Part shown: piece after piece, positions 1-14,415 of the stretch | Layout: every line of letters begins with the position of its first letter | Position numbering within the stretch: position 1 is the stretch's first letter | Source of the DNA: Squalus acanthias | Lineage: Eukaryota | Reading direction: 5' to 3' | Length of the DNA stretch: 64,000 nucleotides | Assembly: GCA_030390025.1 (NCBI GenBank) | Contig: CM059432.1 | Coordinates: 130,946,001 to 131,010,000 of the forward strand | Made by a program: the position numbers and the translations under genes | Notes under the pieces: generated by a model | What the model was told of the DNA's origin: nothing | What the model saw: the letters and a program-made list of their open reading frames with translations, nothing else | Database searches by the model: none

Positions 1-19
1 AAGTTGTTGTTGTTGTAAT

Positions 20-122
20 GTAAACTTGTCTCTTCTCTCCACAAACGCTGATTGATCTGTATTTCTGCAGCATTTCAAGTTTTTGTTTCAGATTTCCAGC
101 ATCTGCAGTGTTTTGCTTTTTG
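20..122 (+). mobile_element. Degenerate Penelope terminal-repeat (pLTR) fragment
   Basis: ttcagatttccagcatctgcagtgttttgctttt matches the pLTR tail at 43590-43677 and 58120-58210. Confidence 0.65.
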
Positions 123-929
123 CACTTGTAATACTGCATTCAGTTTAGACTTTTGGTCAATTTCCAGTCTTTTTGGTATTTGGGGTACATTGTATTAAAT
201 ACAGTACCAGATAATAAAGGTTAATAAAACTTTTTGTTCAATACATGTAGTTTTCCATGTAATGCATGCACAGTATTACAGTACCATCATGCAGTCGGAA
301 GTTTGGTTTCATTAATTTGTTCTCTCCTTTGTGTTATACCCTGCAGGCAGCTGCTTTGTTCAAATGTGTGACCTACATACTGGAAAATGGCTGGTTCCTA
401 GATGTTCAGTGTATCTTTAGAGACTGAAGGGGGGGGGGGGAATTCTAAAGGGCATTTTTATCCTTTTCAAGCTATATTTAAGTATATCTCATTAATTATT
501 TTTATCCAAAATATTTTGACTTATTGTGGCAATGATTTGCTGAAGCATATTCTGAAATTTTTGAGATCCTAAGCTTGCATTTTGGCCCTGAGCTGTGAAA
601 TATTGCCGCAATGTGTACTAGTCTTGCTGTTTTCTGCTGCCTATTGCCAGCATCCATTATTTTCTTGCACCCCTCTTTCCCCCCACCCCCTCACCCCTAC
701 CAAAACACAAATCCAGCCAAATTTTATTTTGTGAACCTTTGCATACAAGCATGAAACATGTATCTTGTACAGAATTAACTCTCTCCTGGTCGACATACAA
801 GCTCAGCTGTTCTCCTGTTTTACCTGTCCAATTTCTTTTACTTTCTTGTTCCTCCCTCCCTGTCTCACAGATGCAAATTATTTTTAGAAACCGTATAAAT
901 TGAATTGCAGAAGCATTTTCTGTTCAAAT

Positions 930-1150
930 ATAATGAGCGGTAAACCAGAGTATATCCTCCATTGCACACTTCAAAGATTATAGGATAGTAATCCGGGCCA
1001 GAGGGCTGTCAGGGTACTGAGGCCAATCGTAACACCCTATTCCCATCTCAGCTGAGATTAACTAATTGACCTGGGAATAAACCTGATTTCTTGATGGTAT
1101 ATATGGTTCAAGACCACACCAGGCATGGATCAATTTATCCATTGTCCCGC
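930..1150 (-). mobile_element. Old SINE-like repeat (family also at 22640-22915, 48040-48390 and 59205-59510)
   Basis: Shared degenerate blocks (gaggccaat-gta, cagctgagat/gaggtcagctaact, atttatcc/atttacc) among four loci. Confidence 0.45.
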
Positions 1151-3249
1151 CTATAGATTCCCAGGTGTAAGTGTCGTGGTCCTATGTAACATGTATTTAT
1201 CTTCAGAATTTTATCTGCTTGTCTACAGAGGACTGTTGTGCTGTAAGTGAATGTGAGTTTTCTTTTTCATTGGTTAAGTGTTTAGGTCTCTATGCATGTT
1301 TTCTCTTTTTCTAATTTTCGGGGAACAAAAATGCAAACTAACCAATCCTTTCTCCCCAATTTAGATTTTTTCCTCGATCACATTTCAGCAAAAATAATTT
1401 GGAGATAACTGCTGCCATGATAGTTTCTCACTAATACCCCCCAAAATGAAATAAAGAACCTGATACAAATGCACACAAAATGCGGCAATTCAAGAAACAA
1501 AATCACAAACCTAGCCATCCCATTTCTAATCACTCCACCCCCAACAACTCTGTCCCCCCACTTTACATGGTCCAGTGAACCCAACAGTGGCTACGCATCA
1601 CCTACTTATCAGCCCAGCCTGTGCAGCTGAGACCTGACGTTCATAACCAGACAACTGCTGTACAGAATCCCACATGCTATTATGTGGCCCAGCCTCCAGC
1701 ACGACACATGCAATGAGCGCAATTGTACTGTGAAGATGATCTGGCATAACAAACAACTTGAATTTATATAGTGCTTTTAATGTAGAAAACATTCCAAAAA
1801 ATGTACGCAAACAGACTGTGACCCCAGCAGCCTTACAGTGAAAGCATCAATCTCCCTGCACCTCACTCTTCCCCCTCCCACTCCACAGTAGCCCAAAGCC
1901 ACAGATCTCCCTGCTCCTCATCTCCAGCCTCAGTTCTAACTGTGCTGCCTCCTGCTCCCAAGCCTGTTCTCCTTTTTTGTTCCCCGTAAAAGCATTGATC
2001 CTTCCAATCTCCTGCCTTCGACTCGAGGCCCGTTGACATCCCTGTCTGTGTTGCTACCTGCTGCAGCCTGAATTTTTTTGCTGTTCCTCTCAGTCCCACT
2101 AATATTGACATTTGTCTGTGTGAATGTAGTGCTGAAATGATGCAAAGTCTTTGTCCAGGTCGATCACAGAGACCACTGTCCCCTCAATCAATCAAATCAG
2201 TGAACCATATCTCTGATGTCATTTTGATTGGCAAATCACAGAAATTACTGATCATATTCTACCAAAGAAAACCTCTGTGACATACAACAGTCACTCAGTG
2301 CATTATATAGCCCTAAAAAAATAAATGTGAAAAAAAATTTCAGGAAACTTGGCTGCAACAATAAACTCTATTCTCCCCCTCCATAAACACACTATATAAT
2401 CCGCTGAACATCCTTAAATATTCTGGGCACATCCTTATTTTCAACCCCCTCCTGCCGCCAAACCAATTACCCACTCTGGTAGCTGGTTCTCCATGTTTGG
2501 AGGCTCGATGTATTGGTCCGTGGTAAGGAAGCAAAATAAATCTGTGCAGGATTCAGTCCGTTGTCATGGACTACAATTCCCAGGAACTACCTGGAGCATA
2601 GGGTTGCTAATCATGCACAAAAGAATACACTTTCTTCTTGATACCACTATTGGTGATCCCAAATTGTGTGTCTGTAAGAGTCTGTTCTGATGAATGGCTA
2701 TTTTAGCAATGCCTTGTTTCTACCCCTGGCTGCTGACCCAAAGCTTCTTCAGATAATGTAATTGCCATAGACAATAGAAAGGTGACCTAAGATACCCTGC
2801 TGGGATTGCGCAGGTGAGCAGACTACATGTTGAATATAAGCAGGTGATACTAATTTCAATACATGCTTTGTTCACTAGTACTGCAGCCTGTTTGAACAGA
2901 CAGACTCTATATTGATTTTGAAGTTGGCAGCTCCCAAGATCAATGCTGTGCACTCTTGTCAACGGGATCTCTGGAAGTGAGTGCATATACCACACTCCTG
3001 TGTAGCTGGGGAGCATATTTGGCTTGTATGCTTACGTTGGCTAGAGTCATGGATGACTTGCAGTTGGTAAATCAACTTGTAGATTAGCTGTTTTAGTTCC
3101 AGGTGATCTTGCAGGAACAGTACATCTGAGACGAATTATGTAAAAAAAAAAAACACTATCGGAAGTCATGAGTCCCACAGGTCTCCGATTATCAGCAGAA
3201 AGTCTTGTTAATAATCAAAAATATTTCTAATTGGAGCGCGGATAATTGA

Positions 3250-3505
3250 TGTTCCACTGCATGTTCATCTATAAGATAATTGGTAAAAGAACCAGAAGGG
3301 AGCTGAGGAGCAATTTTTATTACGGACCGAGTTGTTGTGATCTGGAAAGCACTGCTTGAAAGGTTGGTGGAAGCAGATTCAATAGTAACATTCAAAAGCA
3401 AATTAGATATATACTTGAAAAGGAAAAATTTGCAGGGCTATGGGGAAAGAGCAGGGGAGTGGGACTAATTGGATCCCAGCACAGGGATGGTGGAATGGCC
3501 TCCTT
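3250..3505 (+). mobile_element. CR1 LINE 3' fragment
   Basis: Degenerate ORF2 C-terminus plus 3' UTR (gggctatggggaaagagcaggggagtgggactaattgg), similar to 49100-49270. Confidence 0.75.
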
Positions 3506-4567
3506 TATGTATAATTGACTACTGTGGATTTAGCATAACTAAGTATAATTTTAAGTTCTTCTTTGCACTCTTGCTTTAAATTTCATTTAGTATTTTCAAA
3601 TGTTTCCATTACATTGCTCACTATTTGAAAGGTTAGATTTAAGCAATGGGAAATAAAAATGCTATGACATTATAGGGCCGTTTTGGTTCAAGAGAATGGG
3701 TAAATACCTCCTCCTATAACCTAAAACTTAAGTTATTTCCAGGTCTAGAAGAGGGACTGAATATATGTGGAACTGTGGCACCATTAAATTGCCATTATAG
3801 AGTTAGTGTCAAGCATTCAACAAATTCAGTGATTCCCAAGCGGGCAGGCACCCATTAGTGTCAAGCCCTCATGGTGTAACTATAATTTTACTGGTGACAC
3901 AACTTTGTTTTATAGGCATTTGACGTCCAAAGTTAACATAAAAATTCTTATGTTCTTAACAATTGTGTTTTGGAGATTGGGCAGTGCAAACAGTAAGATT
4001 CGTTTTTGAGCAGTTTTTCCAAGTCCAGTAGTTTCATCAAACAAAACAAAAAATATATTGTGGAAGAGACCAGAGTTGATTTGTGCAAGATGTAATTGTG
4101 CTGTGCAGATGACTGTGAGCGTTCTGCCTGTCTGCCTGCCTGCAGATAATGTGCCAATAATTGCGGTGAAATGAACATGGCTGCCTTTTAGGCAAATATA
4201 ACATATTTTGTCATGGCTGTCAGGATGATCAAATCACTCTACTTGGGTTTTTTTTCTGTGTTAGGAAATATTTCAGCCTTAAACACAGTCTGTCACATTG
4301 GGGAAGATTTGTTATAGACCATGCACCACAAACCTCCGATACAGTTGAATTTAATTTGTGAGAGCTTTCAAATTTTTGGTGGGGAAAATGTTTTGGAGCA
4401 AATAGCAGTAAATACTGATGTTTATATCAATCCCATTTTGACCTATTTTTGCTGACCTAGGGTGTACGTGCACACATGTCAAATGCACACGACTGATGAG
4501 GCAGACTAGGTTTGTATGCATGTTGACTATCCATTTGCCAGCTTTTCATATGCACTTGGCATTTGAA

Positions 4568-4835
4568 ATGGATGTAAAAGATCCCAAGGCACTATTTCGA
4601 AGAAGAGCAGGGGAGTTATCCCCGGTGTCCTGGCCAATGTTTATCCCTCAATCCACATAGCAAAAACAGATTATCTGGTCATTATCACATTGCTGTTTGA
4701 GAGTTGCTGTGTGCAAATTGGCTGCCGCGTTTCCCACATTACAACAGTGACTACACTCCAAAAGTACTTCATTAGCTGTAAAGCGCTTTGAGACGTCCGG
4801 TGGTCGTGAAAGGCGCTATATAAATGCAAGACTTT
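4568..4835 (+). mobile_element. Deu-domain SINE (SacSINE1/AmnSINE1-like), 3' part
   Basis: gtaaaagatcccaaggcactatttcgaagaagagcaggggagt...gtgtcctggccaa Deu core and L2-type tail aaggcgctatataaatgcaag. Confidence 0.8.
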
Positions 4836-5188
4836 CTTCTTTCCTATTTCCTGGAATAAGGGACGATGGGAAAACTGATGCAGAAATCTTGCTACTGAAT
4901 TTGGACCTTTCCTACACCTGCAAAAGGTGATGGAAAAGCAGGGGAATATTCTTTGCTGTTTTCCTACCTTACCCCTTCCCCAAACAACGTCCTGCTCATT
5001 ACCATATCCCAAGAGACCTCATATTTTGGGATGGGATGATGTGGGCCTCAAACATGATGGCTATCTAATCAGTTGCAGATAAGTGATTGATGTGGTGTAA
5101 GACACCATCCCAGTACGAATCATCCTTCTACAGCAGCTAATTATTAGACCTATTGTCTTGTCATGTTGCACGCTTAAAATGGACAAAA

Positions 5189-5280
5189 GTGAGAAGTCGC
5201 ACACCAGGTTATAGTCCAACAGTTTTATTTGAAATCACAAGCTTTCAGAGCTGCTGCTCCTTCGTCAGGTGAAGTGAAGG
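5189..5280 (-). mobile_element. Penelope-type terminal repeat (second family) containing a minimal hammerhead motif
   Basis: Minus strand 5271-5236 reads CAC-CTGACGA-A-GGAGC-AGCA-GCTCT-GAAA-GC-TT-GTG. Confidence 0.7.
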
Positions 5281-8200
5281 AATATGAATCGGCAAAGCAT
5301 ATATAGACAGAGAACAATGCCTGTGCAGCGTACAATGTCAGACGACTACAGTTAATCTTTCTGACTGCCTTTTATGCTTAAAATGGAGAGCAGGAGCTGA
5401 GTGAGGTAATGATGTATTCAATGTCATGCTGGTGGTTTTGCATATTTAACTTGAAGAGTAAGAAGATAAGGTCAGTATAAAGTTCCTGGTGATCACACTG
5501 AAGGATGGACGTCATTTACCACCTGGGGTCCATCCTAATGAAGCAAAAGCCTATGTTTGCATTGTATTGCTATGTGGGGAAAATGTCAATTCTATTTGGG
5601 AGCCCTCGGTGCAAGAGACCTGCTGCTTTCTACCATTAAATGGGCATCCAAAGGGCTTTGTGCAGTGGCATTGCACCACGAACTCAGCCTGAATGGTTAG
5701 TAGAGCACGACTTTCTACATGCAGGGTAGCCTGTATTCATTTACATTTAGCATTATTTACGCAACGGGCATCAGTTTAGTTCGTTCTAGTCTTACTGGTG
5801 ACATATGTACAGGAACTGGTACAGGCCACTGCCACATAATGTAACATTTCAAAGTTAAAATGTAAAAGATTAAATCATCTGTAGGTACATTTTTAAAACT
5901 GTCTTTAGGGTGAACACATCACAGGTAAGAGAAGGTAACCATTCATTAGACTTGCAAGAGTGTGAAGAAGTTGTGCATCTGAAGAATTGGAATGAACCAG
6001 ATTTTCAGTGTCCTACTGAAGGGCATAGAATAAGATTAAGATATGGTGATTCAGCTATTGCATTGCAAGAGGATTAGAGTTTGTGTATGCTGAGAGTGTG
6101 TGTTGAGAAAGAACTTGCTGGATGTTGAGTGAAAAGATGAGCAAAAGAATGGGAAGTGTTGGATGATGACTGGAATGAAATAAAATGATGAAGTGCATTC
6201 TTATTTTCCTCCACCCAAAGTATTTGGTGAACTAATCAAGGTGAGGATTATTAACATTAAAGAAGGGAACCTTTATTTCACTTTTGGCATCCAGTGACAA
6301 TCAGGCATACCGTGAACAGGTGCAAAGTACAGGTCCCTCTGCTCTGATTTAACAATGATTTTCAACCTCCTGCCTGACCTCGAGGCCCCTTACTACAGTG
6401 TGACATTTCTATTTACCACATCATTCATCCTTTGCCTCTGAGATTCAGTTTGTGCCAAATTTAATTTTGTGTTGTAGACCCATGCCCAAGACTGCCAAAA
6501 CTATTTTCACATGGGATCCTTCTAGTCAATTAGCATCACTGCAGCTAATCATGAATTTCTTGATTGGAAAAAAAACAGCACTTTTTTTTACTAATTTCAT
6601 TTTATTTAAATATACACTCGTGTGGTTGGCATTTGGCCTAAATTTTAAATTTGTGTGCAGGTGTTGGGGTGAAAAGTATGTGGTGTCTTCATACAATAAA
6701 CATCAGAATTTACGGAAACTATTTGATCTTCCATTGGGTCGTCTTGGGTGTAGTTGGAATGGAACCCTTCTAATCACAAGCACTGATGGGGGAGGGGATA
6801 AGGAGATGAGAGAAAGTAAGACAGCAACAAAATGTAACATTTCTGGAGCAAAGTAGAAGCTTACCTGTTCAATAGCACATGAAAAGTGGAAAACTGTAAT
6901 GGCTGTTATGGAGAGTATTCTTTCCCCCTGGTTTCCAGTATTTTGTTTGTCCAATCAGAAAATCACTTTTTTAAAGCAACAGAATATTTTTCATGACTTG
7001 AGAAGACTAGCCATTCAGAATGTGTTCAGACTGGCTAGTTGAAGCTCCACATGACAGTGAATTTTTTCCTGCTACGTAAAGGATTGACGTGCCACTCGTA
7101 TGTAACGTGATATGTACAAAACTTTGTGTATAAATAGATTACAATCAGGCCACCTTGACACTTTGCAGGTATAACTGGCATTTGTTGTGCCATAGGCAAT
7201 GACTTCTTTAACTGCACCCACTGGAAAATATTTTATGGATGACCCAGAAAAGGACACTCCAGCATAGGTGGTAAATATTGACTGGGAGATATCCACGTAG
7301 AGACGATCTACTTTTCCAACATTCCCACAGAACAAACAGGGCAAGTTGAAGAGTTTTGCAAAGGCTTTCTTTTAACTGGCTTGGAGTTACTATAACTTCA
7401 GATAACATCATGCCCCCCTGCTCTCCAAACCATTTGAGCTTTTGTTCAATAATGTGCTTGTCATTGGTGGATAGATTAGTTCTCTTACAGACTTGTCTTT
7501 ACGGGAATCGTTTATCATAACGCCAGAGAAGCCAGACCTTGACTAAAGCTGTACATGACTTGGCCAATGCAGTTTCAGATTTAAAACATTTTGGTGGGGG
7601 TATTTTCATTTTGGCATAAATCTGGCCATTTTGATTCTGGAAAAGAGAAAAACAAACAATAAAAAAAAAAATCCTAAATAGAGGTTGTGATAAAGACACG
7701 ACCTGGTGTGCTTTGAGACAATGCCATCTGACTTGGGAGATAGAAACAAAATGTAGGTTCTCATTACTGAGCTAAGGGCAGGAGATGGACATCACAAATT
7801 CAAGATCATGTTTAGTAAAATAAATTGTAATCCATTTACTACACAATACTTGTGTCTCATCTGGTGTACACTGTAAAAGGGGTCAATGGTGTCCCTGATT
7901 TATTAGTGAAGTCACTTTCCTTCTGCTTTCACACTTTTGCTCTGGAACACTAGAAAATGCAACAAAGACTAGCAGCAGTCTTATAGCCCCGGGTATAATC
8001 AGTAGTTGACAGAAGACTACAAGCCGTTTGGGGATGACAAGCAGTTGTCACTATATTTAAAAATCAATGTTTCCTTTTGATCAACCTTGTGTGCATTTCC
8101 AGATCTGCAGAGTTCCTGGTTTTCTTTTTCATCTTCACATTTCCTATTGCCTGTTCTCCACCACGAAACAGTGGTATTCTTTAAAATAAAAAAAGTTGTG

Positions 8201-11200
8201 TTTGGAATGCAGTGATTGAAATCGCAGGAGGCGGAGTGTGGTTGGATTGCCTACGGGGATGGTTGAATTTGGGTCAAAACCTAGATCTACCAGATTTCCA
8301 CAACATTTAAATTCAAGCTCAAATTCCAGTGGGGGTGGGGGATGGTGGGGTGGGAGGAGCCGCAGAGGATTGATTATCTTGAAGAAAGTAGCTTTTTGGT
8401 CCTTTAAGCGCATAACACAAGATTACTGATCCTTTGCTTCAGCCCTTCCTGGGCCTTGATCTCTGCTATTTGAATAGCATGCCGTGCTGATTCACCTGTC
8501 AATAGAATGGTGCTGTCGCCTCTGGAACACCTTTTATAGCATAGGCCGCCGCCTTTGATTTATGGTAATGATTCCATCCCAGGGTCTGCATTGCTGGGCA
8601 TGGGCAAATGGGAGCACTGCTTCTGCTGGCAGAAAAGGACTCCCAGAATTTTAGGCTCACAGCATTTATTTTCCCACAAGCAAGTTCATTTAGTTTTCTT
8701 CTAAACAAAGTATGGAGCACTTCCAGCTTAATTCAATTATAGCAATAATTTTTTTTTTCATGGTTGACCTATTACTGCTACAATTTTTCCTTTTATAAGC
8801 TTCCACAAATTCTTTCCGGGATATTAAGTCACACATGTAACAGCTTCTGGATATAGGGAGCATTATTGAGATGTTTTGCTGTCTTAATGATCCAAAGTCA
8901 CTGAAGTATATGAACCAGAGAACATTATAAGAAATGGTATTTCAGTACTTTTAAATTACTCAGATCTCTCAATCCTTCAGAAGGTGCTCAGAGCATATAA
9001 CTGTCCATTTTGCCTCTTCTGCCACCCTGGAAAAAAATTCAGTTTGTAATTTTTTTTTAAATTCTAAAAATAGGTCAAGAATTAATGTCTGAATGTTTTA
9101 TTCTACAAATGATGTATTTTTGGTTTAAGTTTAATCCTGCTAATTGAGTTTTGAGCCTAAAATCCTATCTGTATCTAATGTTTGCATAATACAGTAATAG
9201 TACTCAATGAAAGTGGACTGAGATAGCTGTTTAAGATTGCATTTCTACTTAGCTACAGAATCAATTCCATGGCAGAACCTAAATTATGCAGCCTGGTTGT
9301 AAATCAGGTGCTCAAGACCAAGAGAGAGTTCTGTAAATGTGTACTTAAAATATTTTGAGAATCCAGGCAGTAGCAGACACACTCTCAAAATATTTAAAAC
9401 AAGTATGCTAGTTTTACAAGGAACACCCTGATACTTTTTAAGCCAGGCTTGTAATGACACCAGTGTCAAGACCAAGCGCAGTTAGTTGGCCTCTCCAAGG
9501 GGGTCCTGCATTGCTGTACCAGAGTCAAGTTGGGATCTGACTCTGGAGTTATAATTTCACTTTTGTGCCATTTTAAAACTGAAATTGCTTTGTCATGCCA
9601 CAAGTTACCACACTCCCATTTTTGCCAGTTGCTGAGAGCAAGCTCCAAGCCAAGAACAGTGGCTACACTCTGACTTTAGTGCGGTCATAATTTTAGTGTG
9701 GAACCATTGTGTACTGAGTGCATCTTGCCATGGTGCTTCCTTGGTACCAGTGTAAGAAGTATGTACTCTTAACCCAAATCCATGCTTCTTTAGCCTAAGT
9801 GCTGACTCAGTGGCAGGAACGTGCGAGGTGGGAATAAAGTGGCATTCGCCTAAAGGCAGCCAAGTCCAGAGATTGTCCGACTGCAGGCTTCACCTCTTGT
9901 GCTGCTGCCACATGTGCAGGCGCCGGAGGGAGCTGACTGGAGGGTACCACCGCCCTGAGATGGCAGTATTATCTGTCTCCCTTCCCGCCATACCACTGGT
10001 ACTGGGCACTGGCTCGGCATGGCCACTGATCAGTAAGCGGACTTAATAATACCAATGAGATCAGGGAAGCCCTATTCAATTCTTGTCTGCAACCCAGCTC
10101 CAATCTTTTGTAGGTTGGAAGAGAGGACCCTCTCCAGTTTGGCATGCAGGAATCTAAGATTTCTTGGAAGAAGCAGACTACATGAGGGCCTCTTGTGGAG
10201 GCTTCCACTACAGATGCCCCTGTAACTGCCATATGCTTCACTACAGAGTTGCAAAGCCATCCTCTTATGTATTTGCACATGTTGCTAGTAGACTCTTCCA
10301 GCCAAGCTGCCATCTGCAATATACTATTTAGCATGACACCCAATGCTTGCACTAACACATGATGCTCTGCAAGCATCACCTTGCAAAATCCAAATCTGTA
10401 TCCCCAGCCTATTTAGCCAAGGGGCTAAACAACCTGACCCTCTGGCTAGTGCTGTGCTACCAGTACCTGCTCTGTTCACTCATACTCCTGTGTGTCACCC
10501 AGTGCACTTCCTTTGGGTTCACTCTGTTACTTCCCTGGGTGGATGTCTTTAATCAGTTCCTCGAGAGGGATAGAGTGAGTGGGGCATGCTGTGAAATATT
10601 GGTAAGGCTGGATGTACTTGTGGCGTGCATGTTCTTCTCGGGCACATCTAGAGGATGGATAGAGAGATGTTGCAATGGTTTCCTGCTGATCAAACCCTTA
10701 TGTCATGCATACTTTAAGTTGCATGCAAACTCTGAGTGCCTAGCCCACCACCTTCCATTTGCCTTGAGTGACTCTATTGTGCATCATAGGTCAATATCGG
10801 ACAACTCTTGTTTAATGGAAGTATCCATCTTAAACAATTGTGGATCATACAGAAACCTCGTTTTTACATATATACTGTTCAGTCCCATCACACATAACCT
10901 AATCACTGTAGAGCAGATAATTGTTGAATGTTTATTTATGTAGATTGACTTTAATCTATTTCTGTTAAGTACAAACTATTGAGGTACCCAGGAGTATGGG
11001 TTCCCAACTAAAAGCCCAGCATTTGTACCTATATCAAGTGATTGCCACAAGGGTGTGGTTTGCCATTCCACTGTCATCAGGGGCTTTCCTGGATCATGTG
11101 AGCATTCCTGGCAAGTTGTCGAATGACATTAGCAAATGGAGATGTCCACTGGCTCGGCTGGACTGCTGTCTCAATGTGTGCAAAGATGATATGTGAATAT

Positions 11201-13767
11201 TTGGCTAATATGGAGGGATGGGAAATGACTGGTTATTTTGGGACATCCTGAGGTCGTAAAAGGTGCCATCTAAAATGCAACTTCTTGTGGCTTGAACTAA
11301 ATGCTTACCTAATTAGATGTAGTAATTGCTTCACTTTTGATTAAGTTATAGTTGTGCAAACGAATGTTCAATGTGGAATTGTATCATTTGGCTAGCAACT
11401 GCAGCTACAAGTGCTATTTTTAGTTAATGAAATAGGAAGCTTCTAGGAATGCTTATTACATAAACTGCAGCTGTTGAGCATTCTCAAGTCCCAGAAGTCT
11501 ATGGCAATGCACTTTCAAATCTCTATTGCTGAATGCTATGTACAAAGTTTGCTATAAGTGATTTAAATACAACATAGTGAAGCTGTTCTTAAAATTGATA
11601 CTGATTCTAATTCTCAAACTTCTTCACCCCAGAGTTAAGGTGTACTGAAACAAAATAAGACTTTAGCTGTGACAGTCTTATAACAACGTGTTGGTTTCTA
11701 TGTTCAAACTCGCTGCTACGTTTGACTACACCATTTCAAAGTAATTGATCACTAAGTGCTTTGACTTAATTTGAGGCAAATCTCTTATTTTTATGCTCTT
11801 TCACTGTTTTGCTCTTCCCCTTTGTCTTGCCCTTTTTCATTTATCATTCCTTCTATCCAAGGTCAATAGCATTTTAATATTTCAGCAGTACATGTATTTA
11901 TGGTTAATTTACATTTTGAAAGTTCAGATTACACGTGTTCCCAACTGCAGTTTTGTATTTTTTGCCGTGTAATTTTGTAACATTCCTGACATGGAATTTT
12001 CTGTGTGTAGTTGTTTATTTTTGGGAAGTGCTGGTTTAATATAAATTCATCCAAATTATTTATTGTGCTTTTTATGTTGTATAAAACCTGAAATATACCA
12101 TGAACTCATTTTATGGTTATAAATTTTCTGAAAGGATCTGGTGTACTAAATGACCAATTTTGCTGACTTACTCTCTTTTTTGGGAGGTCAAACTGTTTAA
12201 CAATCTCTCTGTGATCAGTACTGCTGTACCCATGATTGGGGAAAAAGCTTGTGGGAAAGAGTAGACAGCAGCTCCACTTGTAAACCTAAAGGTTTTATTT
12301 TTTCGATGCAAGTTAGGTGGTGTAATAGACTGCAGGTAGTCACAGCTGTAACAATAATAGATGTTTCACAACATGGTAGTTGCCAGGGGCAGAGAAAGAT
12401 TTGGAGAAATGTATTAGAGTACAATGCTCAGGTATCTGCACCAGCAACCCTGGTTCAGCAATTGATTGTTAATTCTGCATTTGTATTTCTGCATATGAGG
12501 GACAGAACTCCAAGTGACAGCATTGTCTTGGGAGAGTTTCACAGGCAGAAGAAGCTGTGTGAAGTTTTGTGACTGGTATTCTATGTAGAATCTTTTGGAT
12601 AGGCATAGAATGTTCTGGTCACAACTTTAGAGGACTGAGAGCTCAGCCACATCTGGCTGATTTCGATGGTGGATTTTGGCATGGAGTGAGACATCTTCAT
12701 CCAGTTTACTGATCTTTATTGCTTTGGGCTGTACTGACCCTCGCAGCAAGAAATGTATTTTCTCCTTAGCCCGTCCAACAGGGCTGAGTATTCTATTAGA
12801 AAGCAGAGGTAGCATTTTTTTTGGAAGATTAAAGTTGCTAACTGTGACAAACAGGACTGTTTGTTGGACAGTCCAGATTTAAGCTACTTTACAGATACAT
12901 CTGTTCAGCTCTTATAAAATCTCTAGCTATTATTCGAATATTTTGCTGCGTTGCTTTATTGACTAGTTAATTTTGTTTCATTTTGTCTTTTCTCTTTCTT
13001 ATTCTTTAATTGTTTTTTTAATGGTCAGACCATTCTCCAAATGGCAAGAACCTGCAAAAACAGCCACTGTATCACCCCATTATAATTTCATTTTTATTAA
13101 TAGGTAGAAAGTAAATTTTGAACTGTTGTCAAAAAAACAACTCATTTTTATGTCCCAAGGTTCTGTTACATATCTACAAATCTTGAATAGGACATGTATG
13201 AAGCTGAAGGTGCCACTAATTGTACTGTACCATGCTCCAGAGACACAATTTTAAGAGCAAACAATTTGTAGCATTCTTCCACACAGGAGTGTGAAGAGCT
13301 TTGGAAAATTTATGCTATTGCCTATTTAGAAAGAAAGAAACCTTGCATTGTATCATATCCTCAGAACATCCCCACCCTCACTTCAATTCCTGACCTTGAC
13401 TGCACTACTGAGATGTTCAGTGGAAACCAGGTAGGTGCCTTCTCACAGAGACAGTTAAGAGCAAGTGTGTCATTGAGCATTTCAGCATGCTTCTGGTTAT
13501 TTAGAGTGGCAGGTCACCTTCATCACAGATGGCATTCTATCTTTAAGTAGCAGAACTGGAGGCAGATAAAGGGCATTGGAAGGCATATGTCTTCAAATAA
13601 ACATTGCATGAGAGTGGTCGAGACCTAGACCGTGTATTTTATCAAAAGTAGCAACACAAAGAACCATGCCTAGCAATTATTGTAAATATTTAGCTAAGAC
13701 TGTTTTGAAATTTGGGACTAACTAATTTATGTTTTGTTTAGTGGAAATTGAATTTTTCTTTATTTAA

Positions 13768-14415
13768 GCTGATAAGTGGCGAGTAACATTCGTGTCACAC
13801 AAATGCCAGGCAATGTGCAGCTCCAAGAGATAGCCTAACCGCCTTCACATGACATTTAATGGCATTACCATCGCCAAGTCCTCCACTGTTAACATTCTAG
13901 GGTTCACCATTGATCAGAAAATCAACTGGACCAGCCTCATACATGCCGTGGTTACTAGAGCAGGTCAGCGGCTGGGTGTTCTGCAGCGAGCGGCTCACCT
14001 CCTGACTCATCAAAGCCTCTCTACCTATAAGGCACAAGTGTGATGGAATACTCTCCACTTGCCAGCATGGGTGCAGTTACAACAACATTCAAGAAGCTTG
14101 ACATCATCCAGGATAAAGCAATCTGCTTGATTGGCACTTTATCTACTAGCCTAAACATCCACCCCTCCTCCACTGGCATACCATGGCTGCACTGTATACT
14201 ACCTACAGGATGCACAGCAGCAAGTCGCCAAGGCACCTCCAAAGCCTGCGACCTCCACCACATGGAAGGACAAGGGCAGCAGGTGTGTGGGAACACCATC
14301 ATCGCCAAGTTTCCCTCCAAGTCGCGCACCATCCTGACTTGGACAAATATCGCCGTTCCTTCATCGTCATTGGATCAAAATCCAGGAATTCTCTACCTAA
14401 TAGAATTGGGGGAGC
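13768..14415 (+). mobile_element. LINE 3' fragment of the CR1/L2 group (second family; same as 31306-32270)
   Basis: Frameshifted ORF2 C-terminus ILGFTIDQKINWTS...AGQRLGVL...MEYSPLA...KKLDIIQDKAICLIG. Confidence 0.8.

Noticed and set aside
1378..9650. Numerous 60-130 aa ORFs in the track
   Set aside because: No domain similarity that I can recognise. They are chance or antisense-to-TE ORFs in intronic DNA.
10359..10943. 194-aa ORF as a host gene
   Set aside because: No recognisable domain or splice structure, and composition is typical of chance ORFs.
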